From the NCBI GenBank assembly GCA_965602015.1, contig OZ271918.1, positions 1,120,001 through 1,184,000 on the forward strand: DNA of 64,000 bases, given 5' to 3'. Shown piece by piece: positions 29,102 to 37,703 of the stretch; the stretch's first letter is position 1; each line of letters opens with the position of its first letter. The DNA comes from Salinispira sp. GTDB lineage: Bacteria; Spirochaetota; Spirochaetia; DSM-27196; Salinispiraceae. Under the pieces are notes generated by a model. That model was not told the DNA's origin and did not search any database. It saw only the letters and a program-made list of their open reading frames with translations. A program made the translations under genes and the position numbers.

Positions 29102-30583
29102 TCAGAGTTCTTCTGACTCAAATTCAACGATTTTCCAGCCCCGTCGGAATTCCCGGAGCAACAGCTCATCTCTTCTGCGGCTAGGTATAAGAGTATTTTC
29201 CTGGGCTGCGGGATCCCAAATGGTATACTCCGCAGCAAACTCAATACTCGGTCTTCCTTCTGCATCGGTGAACCGTCGTTGTTCGCTGAGCTCAAGGTCG
29301 GTCAGCCCGAACACCAGGTTCCGCTCTAAGGGAGGCCTGGTTTCTTCATCCAAATCCAGCCAGACCGGGGCCGGGATAAACACCGACTGCATCTCGGTGC
29401 CTTCCCGTACCACAGAGACTGCATAAATATGGATGATCCGGCGTATTTCGCTCCTGGCCGCATCATCCGCGGTTGCCTCGCTCATGAACTCATGCCCGAG
29501 ATTGTTGTAGGAATCGTAGAATCCCGCCACAACCTCGGCGGGGCTCAGGCCGGTTATCATAAGATCACGGGTAAAATTCTGGATAACCGTGATTCCTGCG
29601 GCAATAAACACGATAGCGGACAGGGTAATTGCCGTAACGGCAACCGAATGCCGGCGAATCCAATTTACGGCCTGTACCTGCTTCATTCGAGTGCGGTACC
29701 GGCGAATTTGCGGGTTATCCGAGGCGGCGCGGCGGTCGGCGACGGCGCGGCGGTCGGCGGCGCGGCGGTCGGTATCAGCATAGATGCTCGGGTCCCGGTC
29801 TGGATGCACCGCCGGGGGCTCATCGGCGAGTCGCTGCAGGATTGTATCAATAGCCTCCGGCGGATTTTCCGCTTCCATAACCAGCGCAGCATCGATCCAG
29901 TCGGAGATTTCATCGGGAAGGCCGGGATCGATCAGTTCCAGCGGGACTGCCAGCATTTTACGCTGCATCCGGCTCAGGTGATGTGGTTCAAGGAACGCGT
30001 AGGGCCAGACCCTGGTCAGCACATATTCAAGAGCACATGCCAGATAGAACTGTACTATCCTCGGCTTCTCGAACATATCCGGATCGGGGTAATTGATCAC
30101 CCGGTACCCTTTGCTCAGACTCCGCTCGGTTTCATATGAACTGAGAACCCGGCTCCACTGTTCGGGTATGAGCAGGATGCTCGCATCGTCGCAGTAGAGG
30201 ATGTGCTGGGGATTTACCCGTTCGGGGAGAAGATCCAAATTTTCCCTGAACATCAAGAACAGAAGAGAGAAAAAATCCGCTTTTTCACGGGAAAATGTAT
30301 CCCGCTGTCCCAGATAATCGCTGAGGGTATGGCCGGAAAAATATCCCGAAAGAACTATATGCACACGGGAATCCAAGGCCAGGATTTGATAAATGGGAAC
30401 GACAGTGGCGGTCATGCTTCTTCCGTCTGTGTCCCGCCTAATAAGCATGGCGCCGCCGGTAAGGTTTTGCCGAAGCTTTGCAATTCCTGGACCGCTGGCG
30501 CTGATTCCCGTGTCGACGGCGGTGAATTGCGTTCTGTCGATATCCAGGCGATGAAATAAATTATGCGAATCAATGAGCTGCAT
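29102..30583 (-). CDS. Single-pass membrane protein with degenerate Ser/Thr (Hanks) kinase-like domain
   Basis: GHTLSDYL, RVNPQHIL, FYLACALEYVLTRVWPY and PGLPDEISDWIDAAL...PP echo kinase subdomains V, VIb, IX and X-XI, followed by a TM (VAVTAITLSAIVFIAAGITVI) and an outer domain. Start is 30583 or 30619. Confidence 0.7.
   Translation of the reverse strand: MQLIDSHNLFHRLDIDRTQFTAVDTGISASGPGIAKLRQNLTGGAMLIRRDTDGRSMTATVVPIYQILALDSRVHIVLSGYFSGHTLSDYLGQRDTFSREKADFFSLLFLMFRENLDLLPERVNPQHILYCDDASILLIPEQWSRVLSSYETERSLSKGYRVINYPDPDMFEKPRIVQFYLACALEYVLTRVWPYAFLEPHHLSRMQRKMLAVPLELIDPGLPDEISDWIDAALVMEAENPPEAIDTILQRLADEPPAVHPDRDPSIYADTDRRAADRRAVADRRAASDNPQIRRYRTRMKQVQAVNWIRRHSVAVTAITLSAIVFIAAGITVIQNFTRDLMITGLSPAEVVAGFYDSYNNLGHEFMSEATADDAARSEIRRIIHIYAVSVVREGTEMQSVFIPAPVWLDLDEETRPPLERNLVFGLTDLELSEQRRFTDAEGRPSIEFAAEYTIWDPAAQENTLIPSRRRDELLLREFRRGWKIVEFESEEL
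29725..29772. repeat. Three copies of a 15-bp GC-rich unit encoding DRRA(A/V) in the juxtamembrane linker
   Basis: cggcgcggcggtcgg at 29725, 29743 and 29758. Confidence 0.85.
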
Positions 30584-31442
30584 CGGCACCGGTTCCTCCG
30601 CTTCGTAGGGCCTTCTCATAACTTACTGCAAGATACTCTACAACGGAAGAATCATTTTTGTCATATTCTGCGGAATTCCCCCGGGCCAGGATTACCGGTC
30701 TGCATTGGCGGTGAAGCAGTAGAGAGAGGACTGCTGCGCAGCTGATTCCGGCCCCGGGCAATTCCAATCGGCGATGGGCGGCCATCATCTCTTCCCAGCG
30801 GCCCTCAAGAAGGAGGTTGGAGAATACTCCTGCCTGCCGTGCGGCGATATCTCGCGGAATTGCCGGCGTGGGATTCGCACTCGCGATATACAGGGTAGGC
30901 ACGGGATTGTCCGCTTCCATGGCGTGCAGGGCCGAAGCAAGTGCCTTTACACCAACAGTGCTTTTGGCATGCAGCAAAATGGGGACTATGCGGGAATCGG
31001 GATACAAATACTGAATCCATGGAAGCTGCAGCTCTATTCCCTGTTCCTGAAGATGGGCTACCTCGGATATTTCAGCCAGGGTCGAGGAGCTCATGAGGAA
31101 TTCCAGCGCTGCCACATCGACAGCGCTGACCCCCGCGGGAGTACGAAAGGCGGTGCTTTCCGGCAGAAGGAAACTGTCCCGGGCGGCGTCTTTGTATGGA
31201 GATATAATGACGATGCGCTGAAAATCGTCAGAACGGATGCGCTTGTACGCCTCCGCCGACAAGCCGGAAATAAAATCCATGCCGGCATATGGCGCTAAGA
31301 GTCCTTTGACTTCACTGCTAACTGTGGACGCGTTTTGCAGGCTTCGCTGAATCAGCTCTCTGAGAGAATCCCGGTTTTCCGGGTAGAATAGTCCTTCGGC
31401 TACCGGCTCTCTGACCAGCTCGCGTTTCCAGGGATCGGGCAT
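30570..31442 (-). CDS. MEMO1/AmmeMemoRadiSam protein B-like, metal ligands not conserved
   Basis: REPVAEGLFYP, PYAG...SG, FRTPAG..AVD, IELQLPWIQ..YPD.RIVPIL, C-terminal NSAE...SVVEYLAV. Confidence 0.8.
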   Translation of the reverse strand: MPDPWKRELVREPVAEGLFYPENRDSLRELIQRSLQNASTVSSEVKGLLAPYAGMDFISGLSAEAYKRIRSDDFQRIVIISPYKDAARDSFLLPESTAFRTPAGVSAVDVAALEFLMSSSTLAEISEVAHLQEQGIELQLPWIQYLYPDSRIVPILLHAKSTVGVKALASALHAMEADNPVPTLYIASANPTPAIPRDIAARQAGVFSNLLLEGRWEEMMAAHRRLELPGAGISCAAVLSLLLHRQCRPVILARGNSAEYDKNDSSVVEYLAVSYEKALRSGGTGADAAH

Positions 31443-31457
31443 AGGTAAAAGTATGGG

Positions 31458-32888
31458 TTATTCTGAAGGCCCCTTCAATAGTCGTCCGAGGCGATTCTCA
31501 TCGGCCTTGATAAATAGGTTCTTTTCCTGGGTGGGGAGTACCATACCGGTCTTTCCGGTCTTCGGTCGGCGAAGGTATTTGACCTGGGTGTAATACATGT
31601 CGGCCTGCCCGTTTGCCCGGGCCTTGCTAAAATGCAGGGCGAGGTTTCCCGCATCCAGAAGTACCTCAAGGGGTATGCTTTTTCCCGCACGGCTTTTTAT
31701 AAATACATAGCCGCCGGGGTAATCCCGGGTGTGCAGCCATGTGTCGTTTCCCCTGGTGTATCGGCGGAGGAGGGCATCGTTCTCTCTGGCGTTGCGGCCC
31801 ACAAGCAGCCTGAAACCGCCGCTGGTGAATTCCAATCCCGGCGCGGCGTCCCTTTCTTCACTCCGGGCTCTGCTGCCCGCGGCCTCATCCATCAGCTCCT
31901 TAAGCTCGATTAATCGCTGAAGGGTTGTGGACTGATCCGCAAGCTCGTTCAGAATTTCTGTTATTTCCTTTATTTGCCGACGGATTTGATCGGCCTCCTG
32001 AGAAAGGTGTTCCCGGCGGGACCGGATTTTTCTGGCGCTTTCGTAAAGGCGTTCGGCATTTTCCGCCGGGTCGAGGGAGGGATCCAGGGAAACGGCGATT
32101 TCCACACCAGGGTTATCATAATCCTCCAGTAGAACAGACGTTTGGCCGGGTGCTATCTTCCAGATATTGGACAGGACAAGATCAGCCTGATGCTGCAGTT
32201 CATCAGCCTTGCCCACATTTTGCTCGGATTTTTCTACCCGGCGGATTCGGGCTTGAAGGGAGTTCTCCCGCATGGAATAGTAGCGCTCAAGTTCCCGCTT
32301 GAGCCTGACGCTTTTCTCCTGTTTTTCCCGTTGACCGTACTCGTGGGCGATAAAGTCATTAAAGCTCTGCCCGCCGGGATGCTCTCGAATTTCAAAATCC
32401 TCAGTGATTTGATCGGCGTTTATTCCGGCTTGCGGGGCAGCAAAATGGCCTCCGACTATTTCTCCCCGTTGGGGCCGGCGATAAGCGGCCTCGAGTATTT
32501 TATGTGTTTCATCGCAGGCAAGAATATTTGCCGCGTTGCCCCATAATTTGACGTAAAGCAGGGTGGTCTCTCCGCCCCGCTCGATGCGGAACTCGATAAT
32601 CCTGTCCGATGAGAGCTGGGCGGCAGAGACGATTCTTCCCCCCTTTATTCTGGATCGCAGGAATTCCGAGAACCGTGGTTGCTTACCCTTTGACCCGGGC
32701 TTGCGATTGCTCAGATGCAGACGGGTGTTTCCCTGTTCAAGGCAGATTCTCAGGATTCCCGTTTTGCCCGGCCGGTAGATCTGGAAGTATATGTTGCGAA
32801 AATCCCGCTGAAATATCTGTTGTATGTGGGCGCCTTCGAGGTCAAGCTCCTGCAGGATCAGGTTGATTTCTTTCCAGTTCAGACTCAT
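31458..32888 (-). CDS. NFACT-family protein (RqcH/FbpA-like ribosome quality control factor)
   Basis: NFACT-N (SSDRIIEF, LWGNAANIL), coiled coils, ENAERLYE, NFACT-R (VGRNAREND, WLHTRDYPGGYV, YTQVKYLRRPK). Confidence 0.9.
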   Translation of the reverse strand: MSLNWKEINLILQELDLEGAHIQQIFQRDFRNIYFQIYRPGKTGILRICLEQGNTRLHLSNRKPGSKGKQPRFSEFLRSRIKGGRIVSAAQLSSDRIIEFRIERGGETTLLYVKLWGNAANILACDETHKILEAAYRRPQRGEIVGGHFAAPQAGINADQITEDFEIREHPGGQSFNDFIAHEYGQREKQEKSVRLKRELERYYSMRENSLQARIRRVEKSEQNVGKADELQHQADLVLSNIWKIAPGQTSVLLEDYDNPGVEIAVSLDPSLDPAENAERLYESARKIRSRREHLSQEADQIRRQIKEITEILNELADQSTTLQRLIELKELMDEAAGSRARSEERDAAPGLEFTSGGFRLLVGRNARENDALLRRYTRGNDTWLHTRDYPGGYVFIKSRAGKSIPLEVLLDAGNLALHFSKARANGQADMYYTQVKYLRRPKTGKTGMVLPTQEKNLFIKADENRLGRLLKGPSE

Positions 32889-32889
32889 G

Positions 32890-34284
32890 TCATCTCTCCG
32901 ACATATCCAGGCAGGAAGCGAGTTCACCAAGCAGGTAAAAAGAGCCGGTAATAAGAACCCCGCTTCCCGCTTGTCCCGAGCGAATTATGGCGCATAATTC
33001 GCCGGTATTTTCAACGAGCTCCGGGCGAATTGCATGGCCTTCGGCTGCCCGTAGGGCCTTCGCATAAAGCCCGGGTATATCTGCCCGTTTGAAATTGCCC
33101 GTGCCGGTAATGATCAGGCGGCTGCATCGGGGTATGAGCAGTGTAAGCATTGAGTCCGCATCCTTGTCTTCCAGACAGGAAAAAATAACCGTGAGCTCAT
33201 GGGGTGCGAATCCCCTTCGCTGTTCTATAGCAGAGACCAGCTGCCTCAGGGATTCGGGGGTGTGGGCAGCATCGAGAATAACCGGGCGCTCCTGTCCACC
33301 GGGAAGGCTGAGCTGGCGCCGTTCGAATCGGCCGGGCAAGGGTGGAGATTGCAGCAAAGCCGCAAGGCGCCGGGCAAATCCCGCCGCGGGAGTATTTTGG
33401 TCTGCATCATTCCGCGAGCCGACCGTCGGCACGGATATTTGGTCCGCGCCGGACTTCGCCGTAAGATTCTGGAAAATCCGAAGCGCCGAGTATGCACATA
33501 GGGCGTTGAGCCGGTAAAACCGCGGCAGGGTATTTATGTCGCGATCGGCCATACCGGCCTCCGCAATAATGCCTGAGAACTCCGGCTCATAATCCACAGA
33601 TTTAAAAACCCGGGCGTCGCGCTCATCGGCTATCGGCAGAATACTTTCCAGCGCCTCCGGTTTTATATCCCCGAGAAGCACCGGCGTACGGGATTTGATG
33701 ATGCCCGCCTTCTCAACGGCAATTTTGCCGATGGTATCACCGAGATACTTGGTGTGCTCCAGTTCGATGGGGGTAATTATAGAGAGCAGGGGCTGAATGA
33801 CGTTGGTGGAGTCCAATCGCCCTCCGAGTCCCACTTCTATTACTGCTCTTCGCAAACCCGCCCGTTGAAAGACCAAAAAAGCCAGCAGGGTCAGAAGCTC
33901 AAAGGTTGTTGCGTTGTGACCCGGTTCGGACATATACCGCTTGATATCATCAAGGCTGGCGGAGTATACCTCGTCGCTAAAAAAGCCGTTGCGGAAATCA
34001 TCCATCCGCGGAAGAGCAGAGCGTATGCGCTCGCGGTAATCGGAGACATGAGGAGAAGAGTAAATACCGACGGGAGCCCCGGTTTCATCGGCAAGTAGGG
34101 AAGCGAGCACAGCAGCCGTGCTGCCCTTACCCTTGGATCCGGCGATGTGGATTAGCTCCATATCTCTGTCGGGGCGCGAGAAATCATCAAGCAGCGTCCT
34201 CATGTTGTCGAGGTGAAAATCACGCTTCTCGCCGGGCTGTTTTTCAAAGTTGGCAAAGCCCTCCAAATAGCCGAAGTCAATCAT
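32890..34284 (-). CDS. folC: Folylpolyglutamate synthase/dihydrofolate synthase
   Basis: IHIAGSKGKGST, YSSPHV...RERI, EVGLGGRLDSTN, LEHT..LG.TI..IA.EKAGIIK, PGRFE, LDAAHTP, TGSFYL. Confidence 0.92.
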   Translation of the reverse strand: MIDFGYLEGFANFEKQPGEKRDFHLDNMRTLLDDFSRPDRDMELIHIAGSKGKGSTAAVLASLLADETGAPVGIYSSPHVSDYRERIRSALPRMDDFRNGFFSDEVYSASLDDIKRYMSEPGHNATTFELLTLLAFLVFQRAGLRRAVIEVGLGGRLDSTNVIQPLLSIITPIELEHTKYLGDTIGKIAVEKAGIIKSRTPVLLGDIKPEALESILPIADERDARVFKSVDYEPEFSGIIAEAGMADRDINTLPRFYRLNALCAYSALRIFQNLTAKSGADQISVPTVGSRNDADQNTPAAGFARRLAALLQSPPLPGRFERRQLSLPGGQERPVILDAAHTPESLRQLVSAIEQRRGFAPHELTVIFSCLEDKDADSMLTLLIPRCSRLIITGTGNFKRADIPGLYAKALRAAEGHAIRPELVENTGELCAIIRSGQAGSGVLITGSFYLLGELASCLDMSER

Positions 34285-35617
34285 GGTCGCTTTGCCGTTT
34301 TTTTGCCCATAGGGGCATTTCCCTGCGATAGGCAAGGGCTTTTTCGTGGGTATAAAATCCCTCGTATCGGGCGAGAACCTCGCTGTGAGCCGCGATTTCC
34401 CCGTAGGCTTCCGCCTGGACATCAATGACCGAAGTGAATTTCATAAAGTCCCTGACCGACACGGCGGACCAGGTTTTCGCCCTGCCTCCGGTGGGCAGCA
34501 CGGCGTTCGGTCCTACGGCGTAGTTCGCAATGCTGAAGGGAACCCCGGAGCCGAGAAGTATTTCACCGGCATTTCGCAGCCTCGGCAAGTACCTCGACGG
34601 ATCTTCCGACTGGACCTGAAGGTGCTCGGTGGCGAAATCATTTACCAAATCAATGGCTTCATCCATGTCATCTGCGATAATAATCCCGCCATAGCCCGCA
34701 AACACGTCACGTATATAGGTCCTGCGGGGCTCTGGAATGGATGGAAGATATTCATCGACATACTTCTTTACCCTTCCTGCCAGACCCATGTCGTCGGTTA
34801 TGAGAAGGGCAGCGGAGTCCGAGCCGTGCTCAGCCTCTATGAGAAGATCCAGAGCAACGGTGTACGCATCGGCACTGGCGTCGGCCAGGATGATGGACTC
34901 CGATGGGCCTGCGGGAGGACCCGGGTCAATTCGGCGGGATAGCAGGCGCTTTGCAGCGGTGACGTATCTACTGCCCGGGCCGACAACCTTGACCACCGGT
35001 TCGACGCTCTCGGTGCCGTAGGCCAGGGCGGCGATTGCCTGGGCTCCGCCGCATCGGTAAACCTTCTCTACCCCGCAAAGCCGGGCCGCGTACAGACAGG
35101 CTGGGTCTACGCTTCCGTCCGGCAGGGGCGGGGTGACGATGGAAATGCGGGGGACTCCGGCAATGACTGCGGGAACCGCGAGCATGTACAGCATGGAGGG
35201 AAAGCTTCCCCGGCCCCGGGGGACGTATAAGCCCACCGAATCAATAGGGCTGGGCCGTTCGCCCGCGGTAATACCCGGACGGATGGTTATATATTCCATG
35301 ACGGAAGGACGCTGGGCCTCATGAAATCGCTTTACATTCTCCACCGCATAGTCGAGAGCGGATTTGACTTCTCCGCTCAGGATGTTTGCTGCCCGATCAA
35401 ATTCCGAGTCCTCGACCTCAATTCCAAGCTCGCTAATGTCCGCCTTATCAAATTTTCGACTGTAGTCAATCAGCGCTTCATCGCCCCGCAGGCGAACATC
35501 TTTGATTATTTCCGCTACAGTTTCTTCCGCTTCACTGATGTCAGCTTCGCTCCGCTCGAGGATCTCCCGGCGCTGGGCTTCATTGAGGCTTTTCCATTCG
35601 CGAATAGCAATGCTCAT
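34277..35617 (-). CDS. hisD: Histidinol dehydrogenase family protein (divergent paralogue type)
   Basis: GGAQAIAALAYGT, VGPG, AGPSE, EAEHG, EHL, LPTGG. Several canonical residues differ (see findings), so the substrate is uncertain. Confidence 0.75.
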   Translation of the reverse strand: MSIAIREWKSLNEAQRREILERSEADISEAEETVAEIIKDVRLRGDEALIDYSRKFDKADISELGIEVEDSEFDRAANILSGEVKSALDYAVENVKRFHEAQRPSVMEYITIRPGITAGERPSPIDSVGLYVPRGRGSFPSMLYMLAVPAVIAGVPRISIVTPPLPDGSVDPACLYAARLCGVEKVYRCGGAQAIAALAYGTESVEPVVKVVGPGSRYVTAAKRLLSRRIDPGPPAGPSESIILADASADAYTVALDLLIEAEHGSDSAALLITDDMGLAGRVKKYVDEYLPSIPEPRRTYIRDVFAGYGGIIIADDMDEAIDLVNDFATEHLQVQSEDPSRYLPRLRNAGEILLGSGVPFSIANYAVGPNAVLPTGGRAKTWSAVSVRDFMKFTSVIDVQAEAYGEIAAHSEVLARYEGFYTHEKALAYRREMPLWAKKRQSDHD

Positions 35618-35631
35618 ATTTCTATCTCCAA

Positions 35632-36105
35632 CTATGATGCGCTTTTGCGCCGTTGATCGGCCTTGATTCCCACATACAGGGAGTGAATATGGATGACCGT
35701 CAGGGAGGCCGCGGCTCCTGCACTGCCTCCTGAAAAAACCGGTCCTCCCTCATTGTGGGATATGATGACAAGTGAGAGGGCGATTATCAAAAAGAAGAAA
35801 CTGATTCCCGCCCAGACGAAGGCTGCCCTCCGGCGGCGTTCCAGATTTTTCCGTCCCAGCTCGCTGTTCACATCCTCGGTGTAATGCCTATTCGGGTCCC
35901 TGATCGTGCCGCTTTGGGCCAACATATAACCCAATAGGCCGCCGAACATTGCCCGAATGCCCGTAATTCCCCCGAACACCAGCATGGAAAAGCCAAAGCC
36001 CGCCACGTAAGGCTGGGGAATCAGGGTCATCACAATGCCGGGAACCGCCAGCGAAAGGGCAATGACCCCGTTGGCTGAAGTAAGCTCACGTTTAATGCTG
36101 TTCAT
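35632..36105 (-). CDS. Hypothetical membrane protein
   Basis: 157-aa ORF with about 3 hydrophobic segments, ending 14 bp before the hisD-like start. Confidence 0.65.
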   Translation of the reverse strand: MNSIKRELTSANGVIALSLAVPGIVMTLIPQPYVAGFGFSMLVFGGITGIRAMFGGLLGYMLAQSGTIRDPNRHYTEDVNSELGRKNLERRRRAAFVWAGISFFFLIIALSLVIISHNEGGPVFSGGSAGAAASLTVIHIHSLYVGIKADQRRKSAS

Positions 36106-36265
36106 AGTAAAACCGCCGTCATGGGCACCTATGTGCGACCGGTGCGCGTTTTTTTGTCAAATATTGTTTATACCGATTGAGATAATAGCAAAAGCTGCAA
36201 AGGAAGCAAAGCGCCAACGGCATGAGATTCTTAACGCCTGGTTCCAGCCACGTGCCGCTTGAATC

Positions 36266-36328
36266 CTTCTGCCCCCGGCCCGCCGACCGCTACCCGCCGA
36301 CTTCTGCCCGCTACCTGTCGCCCGCCGA
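36266..36328. repeat. Intergenic heptamer tandem array (9 units)
   Basis: CTTCTGC CCCCGGC CCGCCGA CCGCTAC CCGCCGA CTTCTGC CCGCTAC CTGTCGC CCGCCGA in exact 7-bp register. Confidence 0.7.
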
Positions 36329-36511
36329 GTGTGCGTAAAAAAGGGGCGGGGAGGCAGCAATTTTTTTATCTGGACATGCAGCGGGCAGAATGGACAATAT
36401 TGAATGCAATTCAGTTAAACCCTTGTGGCTCCCTTGGTTTTTTGTGTAAAATGACGTATTTCCCGTCCCTGCCTTGTGAGCCAGGGGCGAATCAAAATGA
36501 GCGAGGTAGCA

Positions 36512-37687
36512 ATGGTTATTAAACCAATGATTCGCAGCAATATGTGCATGAATGCCCATCCGGTGGGCTGTCAGAAAGACGTTCTTGATCAAATTAATTA
36601 TGTGAAAAGCCAGTCCCCCATTGAAGGTCCTAAAAATGTACTGGTAATCGGCGCTTCAACGGGTTACGGTCTTGCCAGCAGAATTGTCGCGGCCTTCGGT
36701 GCCGGAGCCAACACCTTTGGGGTTTCTTTTGAGCGCGAACCAAGCGAGAAACGCACCGGCACCATGGGCTTTTATGCAAATCAGGCCCTGGAAGCCGAGG
36801 CGAAGAAGGCAGGTCTCATTGCAGAAAGTCTCAACGGCGACGCCTTTAGTCACGAAGTGAAAGATCAAGTAATCGCCCGGGTCAAGGAGCTTTTCGGCTC
36901 GGTTGACCTGGTTGTGTACAGCCTGGCGAGTCCCGTGCGCAAGGATCCCGACAGCGATACCACATTCCGTTCGACTCTTAAACCGATCGGAAAAACCTAT
37001 ACCGCAAAAAGCATTAATCCCCAGACCGCTGAAATTTCAGAAGTTACCATCGAGCCGGCGAACGATGACGAGATTGCCGAAACCATCCGGGTAATGGGAG
37101 GGGATGACTGGAAGCTGTGGACCCACGCCCTTTTAAAAGCAGGGGTACTCAGCGAAGGGGTGAAGACCGTTGCCTACAGTTATATCGGACCGGAGGTCAC
37201 CAAGGCGGTGTATCGCGAAGGCACCATCGGAAAGGCAAAAGAACACCTCGAACAGACTGCCGGGGATCTTGAGAAAGACCTTGCCTCCGTTAAGGGCGAA
37301 GCCTATGTTTCGGTCAATAAAGCCCTGGTAACCCGGGCTTCCGCAGTCATACCAGTTGTGCCCTTATACCTCTCCCTCCTCTTCAGAGTCATGAAGGAAA
37401 AGGGAATCCACGAGGGCTGTATTGAGCAAATGTACCGTCTGTTTAACGCCCGGCTCTACGACGGCGATCTTGAACTTGATGAGAAGGGAAGAATACGAAT
37501 GGATGACTGGGAGCTCAGGCAGGATGTCCAGTCCGCGGTTGACGAATTGTGGCCCCAGGTAAACAGCGATAATGTCCGAAGCCTCGGTGATTTGGACGGC
37601 TACAACCGGGATTTCCTTGGAATTCACGGGTTCGGCCGCGAAGATATTGATTACGAGGCCGATATCGACACCGAGCTTTCTCTCTGA
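36512..37687 (+). CDS. fabV: Enoyl-ACP reductase FabV / trans-2-enoyl-CoA reductase
   Basis: AHPVGC, VLVIGASTGYGLASR, NGDAFS, VYSLASP, VMGGDDW, YREGTIGKAK, KALVTRAS, HEGCIEQ. GAGGT RBS precedes ATG 36512. Confidence 0.93.
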   Translation: MVIKPMIRSNMCMNAHPVGCQKDVLDQINYVKSQSPIEGPKNVLVIGASTGYGLASRIVAAFGAGANTFGVSFEREPSEKRTGTMGFYANQALEAEAKKAGLIAESLNGDAFSHEVKDQVIARVKELFGSVDLVVYSLASPVRKDPDSDTTFRSTLKPIGKTYTAKSINPQTAEISEVTIEPANDDEIAETIRVMGGDDWKLWTHALLKAGVLSEGVKTVAYSYIGPEVTKAVYREGTIGKAKEHLEQTAGDLEKDLASVKGEAYVSVNKALVTRASAVIPVVPLYLSLLFRVMKEKGIHEGCIEQMYRLFNARLYDGDLELDEKGRIRMDDWELRQDVQSAVDELWPQVNSDNVRSLGDLDGYNRDFLGIHGFGREDIDYEADIDTELSL

Positions 37688-37703
37688 TACAGTAGGCCTC
37701 CAT

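Noticed and set aside
36180..36240. GCAAA...GCAAAG words reminiscent of a c-di-GMP-I riboswitch
   Set aside because: The GNRA-capped P2 stem and the spacing of the consensus are absent. An Rfam cmscan would be needed, and I cannot support the call by eye.
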